In this document: positions 8,919-17,114 of the stretch, in pieces
Numbering within the stretch: the stretch's first letter is position 1
How the letters are laid out: each line of letters opens with the position of its first letter
Source of the DNA: Actinomycetota bacterium
GTDB lineage: Bacteria > Actinomycetota > CADDZG01 > WHSQ01
NCBI GenBank assembly: GCA_034665685.1
Contig: JAXDJL010000160.1
Span: 1-31,027, forward strand
Direction of reading: 5' to 3'
DNA length: 31,027 nucleotides
Notes under the pieces: model-generated
The model's database searches: none
What the model saw: the letters and a program-made list of their open reading frames with translations, nothing else
Told to the model about the DNA's origin: nothing
Translations under genes and position numbers: made by a program

Positions 8919-9927
8919 TCGTGAAGTATTTCTCTGGTGCCTGTGGATCCTTAAGATCCGCGTATTGCGCGAGTGTGTCGAGCGTGTCCTGCCAGTCTTG
9001 CGTGTCCATGTAGCCGATCGGCTTGTCTTTCGTCCGCTCGGTGTGGAGGTTCGCGAGAACCTCCCGCAGAGCGATGGTTGCTTGGTCGGGGTTAACGGTC
9101 ATCGGGAAGGTATCCACGAGGTTCTGCACTGCAGCTTCTTGATCGTCCTGGCAGAACTCGAACCCACGTTGTACGGCGGCAACGAAACCACGCACCGCAT
9201 CCGGATTCTCGTCCGCGAACTTCCGGGAAACGATCAAGCCATTGCTCATGGTGACCACGCCGTAATCCGCGTAGTACTGGACCGCGATCTTGCCCGGGGC
9301 TTCCGCCTCAACGATCGGGAGGTCGGAGCTCGAATAACCCACGATCGCATCGACGCGCTTCTGTAGGAGGGCGGTCGGTTTCGCAGCGGGGTCAACATTG
9401 ACGATCTTGACGTCATCCGGGTTCACGTCGTTCGCGCTGAGGTATGCCGGCAGGAGTTGCACCGGCGCCTCGCCGGAGCTCGCACCAACGGTCTTCCCCA
9501 CAAGATCCTCCGGGCCCTCGATGCCTGACTCGGTCAGCGAGATGAGGACTGACGGATTCCTCTGATAGATGCCGGCGACCATCTCGATGTCGGCACCGTC
9601 ATCGATCGTGCTTGCAACGACGCCTGCGTCGGAGAATCCGAAGTCATCCGAACCATTGGCGACAAGCGTTGCAGCCGTCCCCGAGCCGGCCCCTTCACGG
9701 ATCGTCACGTCCAGGCCTTCATCGCGGAAGTACCCGTTGGCCTCGGCCGCGTAATAACAGGTATGCGATCCATCGGCGATCCAATCGAGGCGGTACGTCA
9801 GCGGGATCAGTTCGCCAGACCCGGAGTCGCTCGCTGTCGGCGAACCTCCGTCATCGCCACATGCAGCCACGAACAAACTCATTACGACGAGCAGGAGCAG
9901 GAGATACCGGTTTGCCTTCACGTGCAC
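8902..9927 (-). CDS. ABC substrate-binding lipoprotein, SsuA/THI5 (NMT1-like) family
   Basis: Lipobox FVAAC; RLDW...H..YYAAEANGYFRDEGLDVTIREGAGS; LVGKTVG. Start could be GTG 9927 or 9921. Confidence 0.92.
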   Translation of the reverse strand: MHVKANRYLLLLLVVMSLFVAACGDDGGSPTASDSGSGELIPLTYRLDWIADGSHTCYYAAEANGYFRDEGLDVTIREGAGSGTAATLVANGSDDFGFSDAGVVASTIDDGADIEMVAGIYQRNPSVLISLTESGIEGPEDLVGKTVGASSGEAPVQLLPAYLSANDVNPDDVKIVNVDPAAKPTALLQKRVDAIVGYSSSDLPIVEAEAPGKIAVQYYADYGVVTMSNGLIVSRKFADENPDAVRGFVAAVQRGFEFCQDDQEAAVQNLVDTFPMTVNPDQATIALREVLANLHTERTKDKPIGYMDTQDWQDTLDTLAQYADLKDPQAPEKYFTNDFIE

Positions 9928-10027
9928 TTCCTTCCTAGGAATTCATCGGCGTAAGACCCCACGGTCGTCGCCTCTGCCGGTAGCGCTGTTGTTCTCCTCC
10001 TTCTACTCGAGCCTCGAACGAATTTCG

Positions 10028-11083
10028 TTACTCGTAAACGAGAGGGCCCGGATCGCGCAGGATCTCCATCGTGATGCACTTCATGGCGTTGACCCCACCC
10101 TGCATGATTCCGTCGGAGTCGAACGGGATGACTTCGACACCCGCCTTCTCCACCTTGCGCATGGTCTCCTCAGCGCGTTTCGGAAGGATGACCTTTCCCG
10201 GTTCAAGCACGACGATGTTCGCGGGTGCGAACTTCTGATCGTCTTCTGGTATCTCGATGATCTCGAACTCGAGATCGCGCAGCCAGCAGTACGTCTCCCA
10301 CGGGAGGCACTTCGGGTAGACCAGAACCTTCTTGTGATCGAGAGGCGTGATCACCATGTCCGTGTGGAACTCACCGCCGGCCTCGAATGTGTCCATGATC
10401 GTGGCCAGGTTCATCACGTGAACCTCTTTGATTCCCGATGCATGGAGTGCGGGGAGGATCTGATCGATCCCTTCTTGGTTGGCGGCGCAAGAGGTCGCAG
10501 CCACCCAGACGTCGTCACTCAAGCCCACGAGCATGGGACCAACCTCCATGACCGCGTCGCCGTGGACGGTGTGGAGGATCGGACAACCGATTTTCGTGAC
10601 GAACTTCTGGAACTCGCGTTCCAGGCCTCGTTTGTATGACGCGTGGCCGAAGCGAGGGATGAGAGCGCCGCCGTTCAGGAACTTCACTTCCTCACACACG
10701 AAAAGCTTCCGCATCGGTCCGTGAGCGCCCCAGACATCTTCGAACTCCATCCAGTGGATCTTCACGTCGTTCTCTTCGAGGAGAGCGGCCCACTCCTGGT
10801 GATTCCGGATCAGGAGGTCGATGTCGGGCTTGGCCCGGTACCGCAGGAGGAAGAAGTTCGGGTCCTGCGACCACAGCGAGTTGGCCTCATGCTCGCTCGG
10901 CGCGACGAGTCCGACCTCGCGCAGCTTGCCGATCCCCGGCGCTCCCCACCGGCGCCCCCAGATGGCCTCGTACTCGTCGAGGTACGAGAACTCTCGAAGC
11001 TTGTAGACGTCGGGCGGGCTGCCCTGCTTGTAATCCGGGTATTCCGTTACGTCGAAGTCCTCTATCGACCTGTCAGGTGCCAC
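10028..11083 (-). CDS. Pentein-superfamily amidino hydrolase/transferase (DDAH / arginine deiminase-like), divergent
   Basis: KLREV N-terminal motif, ME (catalytic acid region), FHTD (His), NIVVLEPGKVI, C-terminal GGVNAMKCITMEILRD (Cys). GGAGG RBS before GTG. Confidence 0.85.
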   Translation of the reverse strand: MAPDRSIEDFDVTEYPDYKQGSPPDVYKLREFSYLDEYEAIWGRRWGAPGIGKLREVGLVAPSEHEANSLWSQDPNFFLLRYRAKPDIDLLIRNHQEWAALLEENDVKIHWMEFEDVWGAHGPMRKLFVCEEVKFLNGGALIPRFGHASYKRGLEREFQKFVTKIGCPILHTVHGDAVMEVGPMLVGLSDDVWVAATSCAANQEGIDQILPALHASGIKEVHVMNLATIMDTFEAGGEFHTDMVITPLDHKKVLVYPKCLPWETYCWLRDLEFEIIEIPEDDQKFAPANIVVLEPGKVILPKRAEETMRKVEKAGVEVIPFDSDGIMQGGVNAMKCITMEILRDPGPLVYE

Positions 11084-11178
11084 AGTTACCTCCCTTTCAG
11101 GCCCCCCGGACCGCGACCCCCGACGGGGCCGGTCCTCCCGGCAGGAGCGTTAGCTGCAGAAACTCTCTTTACTGAAAG

Positions 11179-11196
11179 TCTCTCGACGTCAAACTA
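11179..11196. promoter_or_regulatory. Candidate MarR (PecS/TamR-type) operator
   Basis: TCTCTCGACGTCAAACTA, 14/18 to consensus; covers the -10 and predicted +1. Confidence 0.65.
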
Positions 11197-11219
11197 TGGG
11201 CGACGCGCATCACTGTCAA
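11191..11219 (-). promoter_or_regulatory. Sigma70-type promoter of the pentein / NitT-TauT ABC operon
   Basis: TTGACA (11219-11214), 17 nt, TAGTTT (11196-11191); the -35 overlaps the MFS stop codon. Confidence 0.7.
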
Positions 11220-12382
11220 GGTGATTGGGGCGAGACATCTGCCGCAAGGCCGATCGGATGCTCCGGAACAGGTGCCAAGAGCACGAGCGCCAACACCGCG
11301 CAAGCGGCCGCAACCCCCCCTGAGAGGGCGATCCCACCGGTAGCAAAGATCGGCTGGGCGAGGGCCGCTCCCACCGCCCGCCCCAGGCCCACGGACAGGA
11401 AAACTCCGGATAGAACCTTGTCCCGTGCCTGGGACATCTCGCTGATGAAGGGGACCGAGGCGACGAAAGACACCTCGTAGGAGACGATCCAGAGGGTCAC
11501 AACCCCTAGGCCCCCGAGCACACTCCCTCCAACGAGCGGGAACAAGAGATACATGAACGCACTCGCGGCCACGCCGGCCACCCACATCTTCTTCAGCCCG
11601 AAAGAGTCCGAGATGACTGCGACGAGCCCAGCTCCCACGAACTCCGCGACGAGGATCCCCAGGGTGAAGGCGCCGATCCCAGTGATCGAGAGCCCAAGCG
11701 ATCCCTCGAGCCACTGTCCGTAGACGACGAAGATGACTTCCGCCGCGAGGTTGAAGAGCGCAACGCAGGTCATGACCCGAAGCAGCCGCCCATCGATGGT
11801 CAGACGCTCTTTGCCTCGCCCGGTCTCGCTTCCGTCGGGCGGGATGCTTCGAGCGATCCAGATCGCGCCGACGGCGGCCATGGCGGCAACGAGGACGAAC
11901 GGCGCTCGCCAACCCCCAAGGACGATGAGATACGCAGCCAGGGGCACGATGAGGAGAGAAAGGGACCAGTTCAGCTCACTGATGCCGTAGACCCGACCGC
12001 GCTCCTTGTAAGGGACGCGGTCCGCGAACCAAGCCTGCGTGGCCAGGTCGAGGCCGGGACGGGCGATGCCGACGACGATCATCGCGACTGCCGCTACCAG
12101 AAAGATGTCGGTCGCCGCAACTACGAGACAGGCCACACCCACGACCGCAACCCCAAGGGACATCACCCTTCGCCGCCCGTAGCGCTCGGCAGCGCTAGCG
12201 GAAACCGGCGAGGTCAACGCCCCCAGGTTCCTGACCGCGATCACGCCGGCTATGTGTCCCGGTGTCACATGCAGGCCCCGGGCGATTACGGGGAGGAACG
12301 GATAAACCATTCGCAGCGCGGCGCTCGCGGATAAACGAGCGAAGAAGGTGCTGCCGAGAGCGCGGCGGATCTCAGGCTGCAT
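11216..12382 (-). CDS. MFS transporter
   Basis: About 12 hydrophobic segments, motif A-like AERYGRRRVM and SDSFGLKK, PYKERGRVYG. Confidence 0.9.
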   Translation of the reverse strand: MQPEIRRALGSTFFARLSASAALRMVYPFLPVIARGLHVTPGHIAGVIAVRNLGALTSPVSASAAERYGRRRVMSLGVAVVGVACLVVAATDIFLVAAVAMIVVGIARPGLDLATQAWFADRVPYKERGRVYGISELNWSLSLLIVPLAAYLIVLGGWRAPFVLVAAMAAVGAIWIARSIPPDGSETGRGKERLTIDGRLLRVMTCVALFNLAAEVIFVVYGQWLEGSLGLSITGIGAFTLGILVAEFVGAGLVAVISDSFGLKKMWVAGVAASAFMYLLFPLVGGSVLGGLGVVTLWIVSYEVSFVASVPFISEMSQARDKVLSGVFLSVGLGRAVGAALAQPIFATGGIALSGGVAAACAVLALVLLAPVPEHPIGLAADVSPQSP

Positions 12383-12413
12383 GCGCGAAGCCTAGACGTG
12401 GGTTGTCAGCCGG

Positions 12414-13064
12414 CTAGTTCGCGAAAACGACCATTCCGACCGGCGTTGGGTTGAACCCGTTGCAAGGGTTGCGTTCCTGGGGACAGTTGGACACCCCCGT
12501 CACTAGGTCCATCTCGGCCCTGAGGTCGTAGAAATCTCCGGGTGCCGAAGTGGGCTCCTGGATCTGCATCGCCCCGTCATCGGCAACCACAACGTTCATG
12601 AACGGGACGAAAGCGTCCGGGATGTCGCGCGTGCCCAGCCCCCATGGCTCGAGAGCCAGCGCGAAGTTGTCGCGGCAGTTGGGTGTGTTGGCCGCTCCAT
12701 AACGCAGACGATTGAGAGGTTCGCTGCACATCGATCCGTACGAGAAGCTGATGTCGTTCGAGTATTCGGTGATCGTTGCCATCGGGTTGCAGTCGATCGA
12801 ATAGAGGACGTTCCCCTTCACCAACTCCCGCCTCTTGTTCAGCAACAGGCTGTTGGACATGTTCAGCAGATCGCGCAGATCGTTGGCGTTGTAGAAAACG
12901 ACGTCGGGTACCTGCTTTCCTTCGAGATCGATGAACCTGAGGGTCTGGCCCCTGTTCAAGTGGATGCCCACGTAGCCCTTGGCAGGGAGAACCCACTTGC
13001 TCACCACCGTGCCCGGGATGGGGAACTTGTCGAAGGCTGCGGCGTACGTCTCGAGCTCGCTCAT
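12414..13064 (-). CDS. DUF1989 / urea carboxylase-associated family protein (CgdB-like C-terminus)
   Basis: GQTLRFIDLEGKQVPD, NCRDNF, PFMNV, SAPGDFYDLRAEMDL, SNCPQERNPCNGFNPTP. AAGGAG RBS. Confidence 0.88.
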   Translation of the reverse strand: MSELETYAAAFDKFPIPGTVVSKWVLPAKGYVGIHLNRGQTLRFIDLEGKQVPDVVFYNANDLRDLLNMSNSLLLNKRRELVKGNVLYSIDCNPMATITEYSNDISFSYGSMCSEPLNRLRYGAANTPNCRDNFALALEPWGLGTRDIPDAFVPFMNVVVADDGAMQIQEPTSAPGDFYDLRAEMDLVTGVSNCPQERNPCNGFNPTPVGMVVFAN

Positions 13065-13100
13065 TGGTCTCCTTGGGTCGGCGCCACACCATCTGGCGGA

Positions 13101-13118
13101 TATCTCTACCTTAAGATA
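13101..13118. promoter_or_regulatory. Candidate MarR operator for the DUF1989-MFS unit
   Basis: TATCTCTACCTTAAGATA, 14/18; overlaps the minus-strand -10 TAAGGT (13113-13108), with TTGCTA (13137-13132) 18 nt upstream. Confidence 0.7.
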
Positions 13119-13149
13119 GTTGCGAGTCCGCTAGCAAGTCCCTGCCAAA

Positions 13150-13167
13150 TAGCTCGACGTTGAGATA
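13150..13167. promoter_or_regulatory. Candidate MarR operator upstream of the Mo-hydroxylase large subunit
   Basis: TAGCTCGACGTTGAGATA, 14/18 and 14/18 self-palindromic; abuts a TATAAC -10-like box at 13166. Confidence 0.7.
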
Positions 13168-13212
13168 TAACTGGGCGGTGCCCCCGACGACCAAGCGGAC
13201 CAGCGACCCGGC

Positions 13213-15522
13213 GTGACCCGATGGATCGGACGACCGCTGTCGCGAGTCGAGGACGACGCCCTCATCAGAGGCGCGGGCTCGTACATCGGCGATATCTCAA
13301 GACCCGGCGAACGGCACGTCGTATTCGCTAGGAGCTCGGAGGCCCACGCCAAGATCGTTTCCATCGACACCTCCGAGGTTCGTGCTCATCCAGGAGTATT
13401 AGCCGTCTTCACGGCAAGCGAGGTCCCGAAAACCCCGATGCCACCGTTCCTGTGGGATCTGCCTCCGGCAGAGCTGATGAGCGGGCTCGAGGTTGAGACT
13501 CAGGATCACGATCAACACCTGTTAGCCACCGACCGCGTGCGGTACGTCGGAGAGCCGATTGCGATGATCGTTGCCACCGATCGCTACGTGGCCGAGGACG
13601 CGCTCGAAGTACTCGAGATCGAATACGAATCGCTGGAACCAGTCGTAGCTCCCACCGGTGACTCCGGGCCGCTTCTCCACGATGGCTGGAAGAACAACGT
13701 GGCCGTCCGGCTCACGGTTAGGAAAGGCGACGCTTCTGGCGTGACCGCATCGGCGGCTCACGTCGTCCGCGACACGTTCGAGATCCAACGGCAGGCGGGT
13801 ATCCCGCTCGAGGGACGCGGGGCCATCGCCGAATACGATGCCGATAAGAGCGCTCTCACGCTGTGGTCGTCGACCCAGAACGTCCATCCGCTGCAGAAGG
13901 CTGTGTCGCGGATCACCGGCGTCCCGGTCGAGCAGATCCGGGTCATCGCGCCGGATGTCGGCGGAGGATTCGGTACCAAAGGGGTTCTGTACCCAGAGGA
14001 CCTGCTGCTCGCATGGGCCGCGTTGCACTCCGCGTTTCCCCTTAAATGGATCGAAGATCGTGTAGAGCACATGCAGGGCTCGATCCACGCACGCGATCAG
14101 AAACATCGGATCGCGCTGGCGTTCGACGCTGATGGACGGATCGTCGCGCTGCAGGACGACTTCGACGTAGACGCGGGCGCGTACAACCCGTTAGGGATCG
14201 TCATCCCCTATAACTCGATCACCCACCTGATGGGCGCCTACCGCGTGCCGAACTTCGCCGCGACGGCGACGGTCCACGTCACGAACAAGACGCCCATGGC
14301 TCCATACCGGGGAGCCGGCCGCCCCGAAGCGGTCTTCGCGATGGAACGCATCATGCAGCGGGCCGCACGACAGATGGATATCGATCCCATCGAGCTCCGT
14401 CTCAGGAACATGGTGACGGCAGAGGAGATGCCGTTCGAGGTCGGGATCCCGTACCGGGATGCCAGACCGATCGTTCTCGACGGCGGGGACTATCCGGGCG
14501 CGTTGCGGGAGGCGCATCGCCATCTTGGTGCCACCAAAGGAGAGGCAAAACCCGGGACCGTCGTAGGCACGGGCGTGGCGGCGTACGTCGAGGGAACGGC
14601 GATAGGCCCGTTCGAAGGCGCCCGCGTGCGGGTCGAGGCCGATGGTCGTGTGTCGGTTGGCACCGGCGCAGCGTCACAAGGACAGGGCCATCGCACCTCG
14701 TTCGCGCAGGTGTGCGCCGAGGTTCTCGGCGTGCGGCCGGATCAGGTCGACGTACTCGGCGGCGACACCGCTGCCATCCGCTACGGGTGGGGAACCGTAG
14801 CGAGCCGAAGCGCGGTCACGGCCGGGAACGCAGTCGCACAAGCGGCACGGCAGGTCCGCGAGAAGATCTGCCGCGTCGCGGCGGAGGCTCTGAACGTGGA
14901 CCAAAGCGAGATCGAGATCGAAGATGGCATCGTCCGGCCCGCACTCGCGCCCGACCGCGCGGTGCCGCTCGCCGACCTCGTCGCCGGACTGCAGCCGGGA
15001 ACACCACTCTTCAAGGACATCGGAGCCGGCTTGGAAGCAACCGAATATTTCGAGCCCCCGACCGTGACCTGGGCCAGCGGCGTCCACGCCACCCGTGTTC
15101 AGGTGGACCTCGGCACGTATGAGGTTCGCGTCCTTGACTACGTCGTGGTCCACGACTGTGGACGGATCATCAACCCGATGATCGTGGACGGCCAGATCCA
15201 CGGGGGCGTCGCGCAGGGCATCGGTGCCGCCTTCCTGGAAGAGATGATCTACGACTCCGATGGGCAATTGCGAACGGGAACGTTCATGGACTACCTCCTC
15301 CCGACCGCCCTCGACGTGCCAAACATCACGACGATCCACCACGAGACCCACTCTCCCGGCAACCCACTTGGTCTCAAAGGGATGGGCGAAGGGGGAGCCA
15401 TCCCGGCTCCCGCTGCGCTGGCGAACGCAGTCGAAGACGCGTTGTCAGATCACGACATCGTGATCCGGCGCACGCCGATAACTCCGGACTACCTGTACGG
15501 GCTATTAACTCAACCGGGTTGA
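13213..15522 (+). CDS. Molybdenum hydroxylase large (molybdopterin-binding) subunit, CoxL form II / quinoline-oxidoreductase-like
   Basis: IGRPLSRVEDDALIRGAG, DVGGGFGTKG, PYRGAGRPEA, SQGQGHRTSFAQ, DCGRIINPMIVDGQIHGGVAQGIG, KGMGEGG. Confidence 0.94.
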   Translation: MTRWIGRPLSRVEDDALIRGAGSYIGDISRPGERHVVFARSSEAHAKIVSIDTSEVRAHPGVLAVFTASEVPKTPMPPFLWDLPPAELMSGLEVETQDHDQHLLATDRVRYVGEPIAMIVATDRYVAEDALEVLEIEYESLEPVVAPTGDSGPLLHDGWKNNVAVRLTVRKGDASGVTASAAHVVRDTFEIQRQAGIPLEGRGAIAEYDADKSALTLWSSTQNVHPLQKAVSRITGVPVEQIRVIAPDVGGGFGTKGVLYPEDLLLAWAALHSAFPLKWIEDRVEHMQGSIHARDQKHRIALAFDADGRIVALQDDFDVDAGAYNPLGIVIPYNSITHLMGAYRVPNFAATATVHVTNKTPMAPYRGAGRPEAVFAMERIMQRAARQMDIDPIELRLRNMVTAEEMPFEVGIPYRDARPIVLDGGDYPGALREAHRHLGATKGEAKPGTVVGTGVAAYVEGTAIGPFEGARVRVEADGRVSVGTGAASQGQGHRTSFAQVCAEVLGVRPDQVDVLGGDTAAIRYGWGTVASRSAVTAGNAVAQAARQVREKICRVAAEALNVDQSEIEIEDGIVRPALAPDRAVPLADLVAGLQPGTPLFKDIGAGLEATEYFEPPTVTWASGVHATRVQVDLGTYEVRVLDYVVVHDCGRIINPMIVDGQIHGGVAQGIGAAFLEEMIYDSDGQLRTGTFMDYLLPTALDVPNITTIHHETHSPGNPLGLKGMGEGGAIPAPAALANAVEDALSDHDIVIRRTPITPDYLYGLLTQPG

Positions 15523-16487
15523 AGGAGCGGAGCACGGCGCTCCGCATCCTCGGCGAGAACGATCCCGATCCGATCACTCCCCCTACGACCGGCGTAACCG
15601 AGGGCCATGACGACCGCCGTTAGTAGGGCAACCCCGAACCACTGAGTTGCGCTGAGGGTGGTCCCGAAGACGAAGCGGTTCAAAGTGATCGCGCTGAGTG
15701 GGAAGGCGAGCTCGGCGATCGTCGCTGCCGCCGCCGGGGTCCGTCGCAAGCCCGCGTAATAGATGAGCAGCGCGCCCAGGCCCGGGATAAGAGCGAGCAG
15801 CAGGAGGGCCCACAGCTCCTTTCCACCCACGGTGCCTAACGCCCCAAATCCCTCCTCGGCCCACAGAACCACGCCCGCGGCCGGCAGGCCTATCGCGAAC
15901 CGCATTGCGGTGAGCGAGGTGAACGGGATCTTCGTTACGACCAGCCGTCCGAAAACCGTCCCCATCCCCCACAGCGCCGCAGCCCCTATCGCGTATGCCG
16001 CTGCGGCGAGGGAATCGAGGTTGTGGACGCCCGGGCTGGGAAACGTGATGAGGTAAGCACCGATCAAAGCCGCCACCAGATACGCACCGTACCGAGCGGT
16101 GAGACGCTCCTTCAAGACAACGTATGCGCCCACCAGCGCGAACAGGGGCTGCAGTTTCTGGAGCAGCAGTGGCGATGTCGGGTCTCCGTAAGCGAAGGCC
16201 TTCGTGAACAGGATCGTCGCCACGGCCGAGGCTCCCGCGCCCACGACGATCAACGCCGCCCAGTCGCGGCCCTGCAGCTCCTTGAGGAAAGGCCGGGTCC
16301 TCCACAGCAGCGGCAGCACGAGCAGGACGAGGATCGCGTGCTCGACGAACACCACTACCGAGGCCGGCAGTTCGAGAGCGAGACCGCGACGGAAGACCGC
16401 GTCCGACCCCCACATCGCTGCCGCGATCATTACGAAAAACGCCCCGCCGGCCGGGGCCGCATGAACCTCCCGTCGAGATATCTTCAT
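15510..16487 (-). CDS. EamA/DMT-family transporter (PecM-like context)
   Basis: Two EamA repeats (IAAAMWG... and AAALWG...), ten hydrophobic segments, LKERL. Start may be leaderless at 16487 or at ATG 16430. Confidence 0.9.
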   Translation of the reverse strand: MKISRREVHAAPAGGAFFVMIAAAMWGSDAVFRRGLALELPASVVVFVEHAILVLLVLPLLWRTRPFLKELQGRDWAALIVVGAGASAVATILFTKAFAYGDPTSPLLLQKLQPLFALVGAYVVLKERLTARYGAYLVAALIGAYLITFPSPGVHNLDSLAAAAYAIGAAALWGMGTVFGRLVVTKIPFTSLTAMRFAIGLPAAGVVLWAEEGFGALGTVGGKELWALLLLALIPGLGALLIYYAGLRRTPAAAATIAELAFPLSAITLNRFVFGTTLSATQWFGVALLTAVVMALGYAGRRGSDRIGIVLAEDAERRAPLLQPG

Positions 16488-16499
16488 CTTAAGATTCTA
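16479..16499 (-). promoter_or_regulatory. Candidate operator plus -10 box of a probably leaderless eamA transcript
   Basis: TATCTTCATCTTAAGATT (16479-16496, 13/18) spans the ATG; TAGAAT (16499-16494) lies 6 nt before ATG 16487; no consensus -35. Confidence 0.6.
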
Positions 16500-17108
16500 T
16501 ATCCAAAGACAGTTATCCGCCTCCATCAAGAGCCGATAATCGCCTGGGTCATCGAGGTCCGGGAGTTCCTCCCCCAGGGGAAGGTCTTCCACGAGGTGGG
16601 GGTAGGCCGCGATCACGTGGCGGGCGCCCTCTTCGCCGGTCTCCGGCAGATGGGACCAGACCTCTCTGGCCAGGAGCACGGGGTGAGACGGGGTTCCAAC
16701 GCGGAGGCAGCGGACGACCGGCCGATCGGTTTGTCTCCACCGGCCCACAACCGCGTCAATGGTCTGCGGCCGTATCTCCGGCTGATCGCCCAGCAGCACG
16801 ACGACGGCTGCTGCGTCGCCCGCGGCACTGACGCCGGCTCGAAGGGACGACGCCTGCCCGCGTGCGAACCCCGGGTTCGTGACGATGCGGGACCGGGTCC
16901 CGAGCCGGATAGCTCCTGCGATCGACATCGCGTCGTGGCCTAGGACGACGACGATGTCGTCCGCGCACGAGGCCTCCGCCGCGTCGACCACGTGCTGAAG
17001 GATCGGCTTCCCCCGCCAAGGAAGTAGCTGTTTCGTTTCGCCCATCCTGGTGGCCAGACCGGCCGCGAGGACCACCACGAAGACAGGACCGCCGCTATCG
17101 TCCGTCAT
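16497..17108 (-). CDS. mocA: Molybdenum cofactor cytidylyltransferase (MocA-like nucleotidyltransferase)
   Basis: VVLAAGLATRMGETKQLLPW, GQASSLRAG, VLLGDQP; adjacent to xdhC. Confidence 0.85.
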   Translation of the reverse strand: MTDDSGGPVFVVVLAAGLATRMGETKQLLPWRGKPILQHVVDAAEASCADDIVVVLGHDAMSIAGAIRLGTRSRIVTNPGFARGQASSLRAGVSAAGDAAAVVVLLGDQPEIRPQTIDAVVGRWRQTDRPVVRCLRVGTPSHPVLLAREVWSHLPETGEEGARHVIAAYPHLVEDLPLGEELPDLDDPGDYRLLMEADNCLWI

Positions 17109-17114
17109 ACCGAG

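Noticed and set aside
8200-9366. 388-aa plus-strand ORF
   Set aside because: Antisense shadow of well-supported ABC genes, with no recognisable motif.
11084-13212. Guanidine-I, -II or -III riboswitch before the pentein or DUF1989 genes
   Set aside because: No AAAAGCCCGGGAG-type 3' motif and no paired ACGR-loop hairpins on the sense strand by eye; an Rfam scan would settle it.
13213-15522. Aerobic CO dehydrogenase (coxL form I) or classical xanthine dehydrogenase
   Set aside because: The active-site loop is PYRGAGR, not AYxCSFR; no coxDEF genes; the xanthine-binding Glu of GGGFGGKE is absent.
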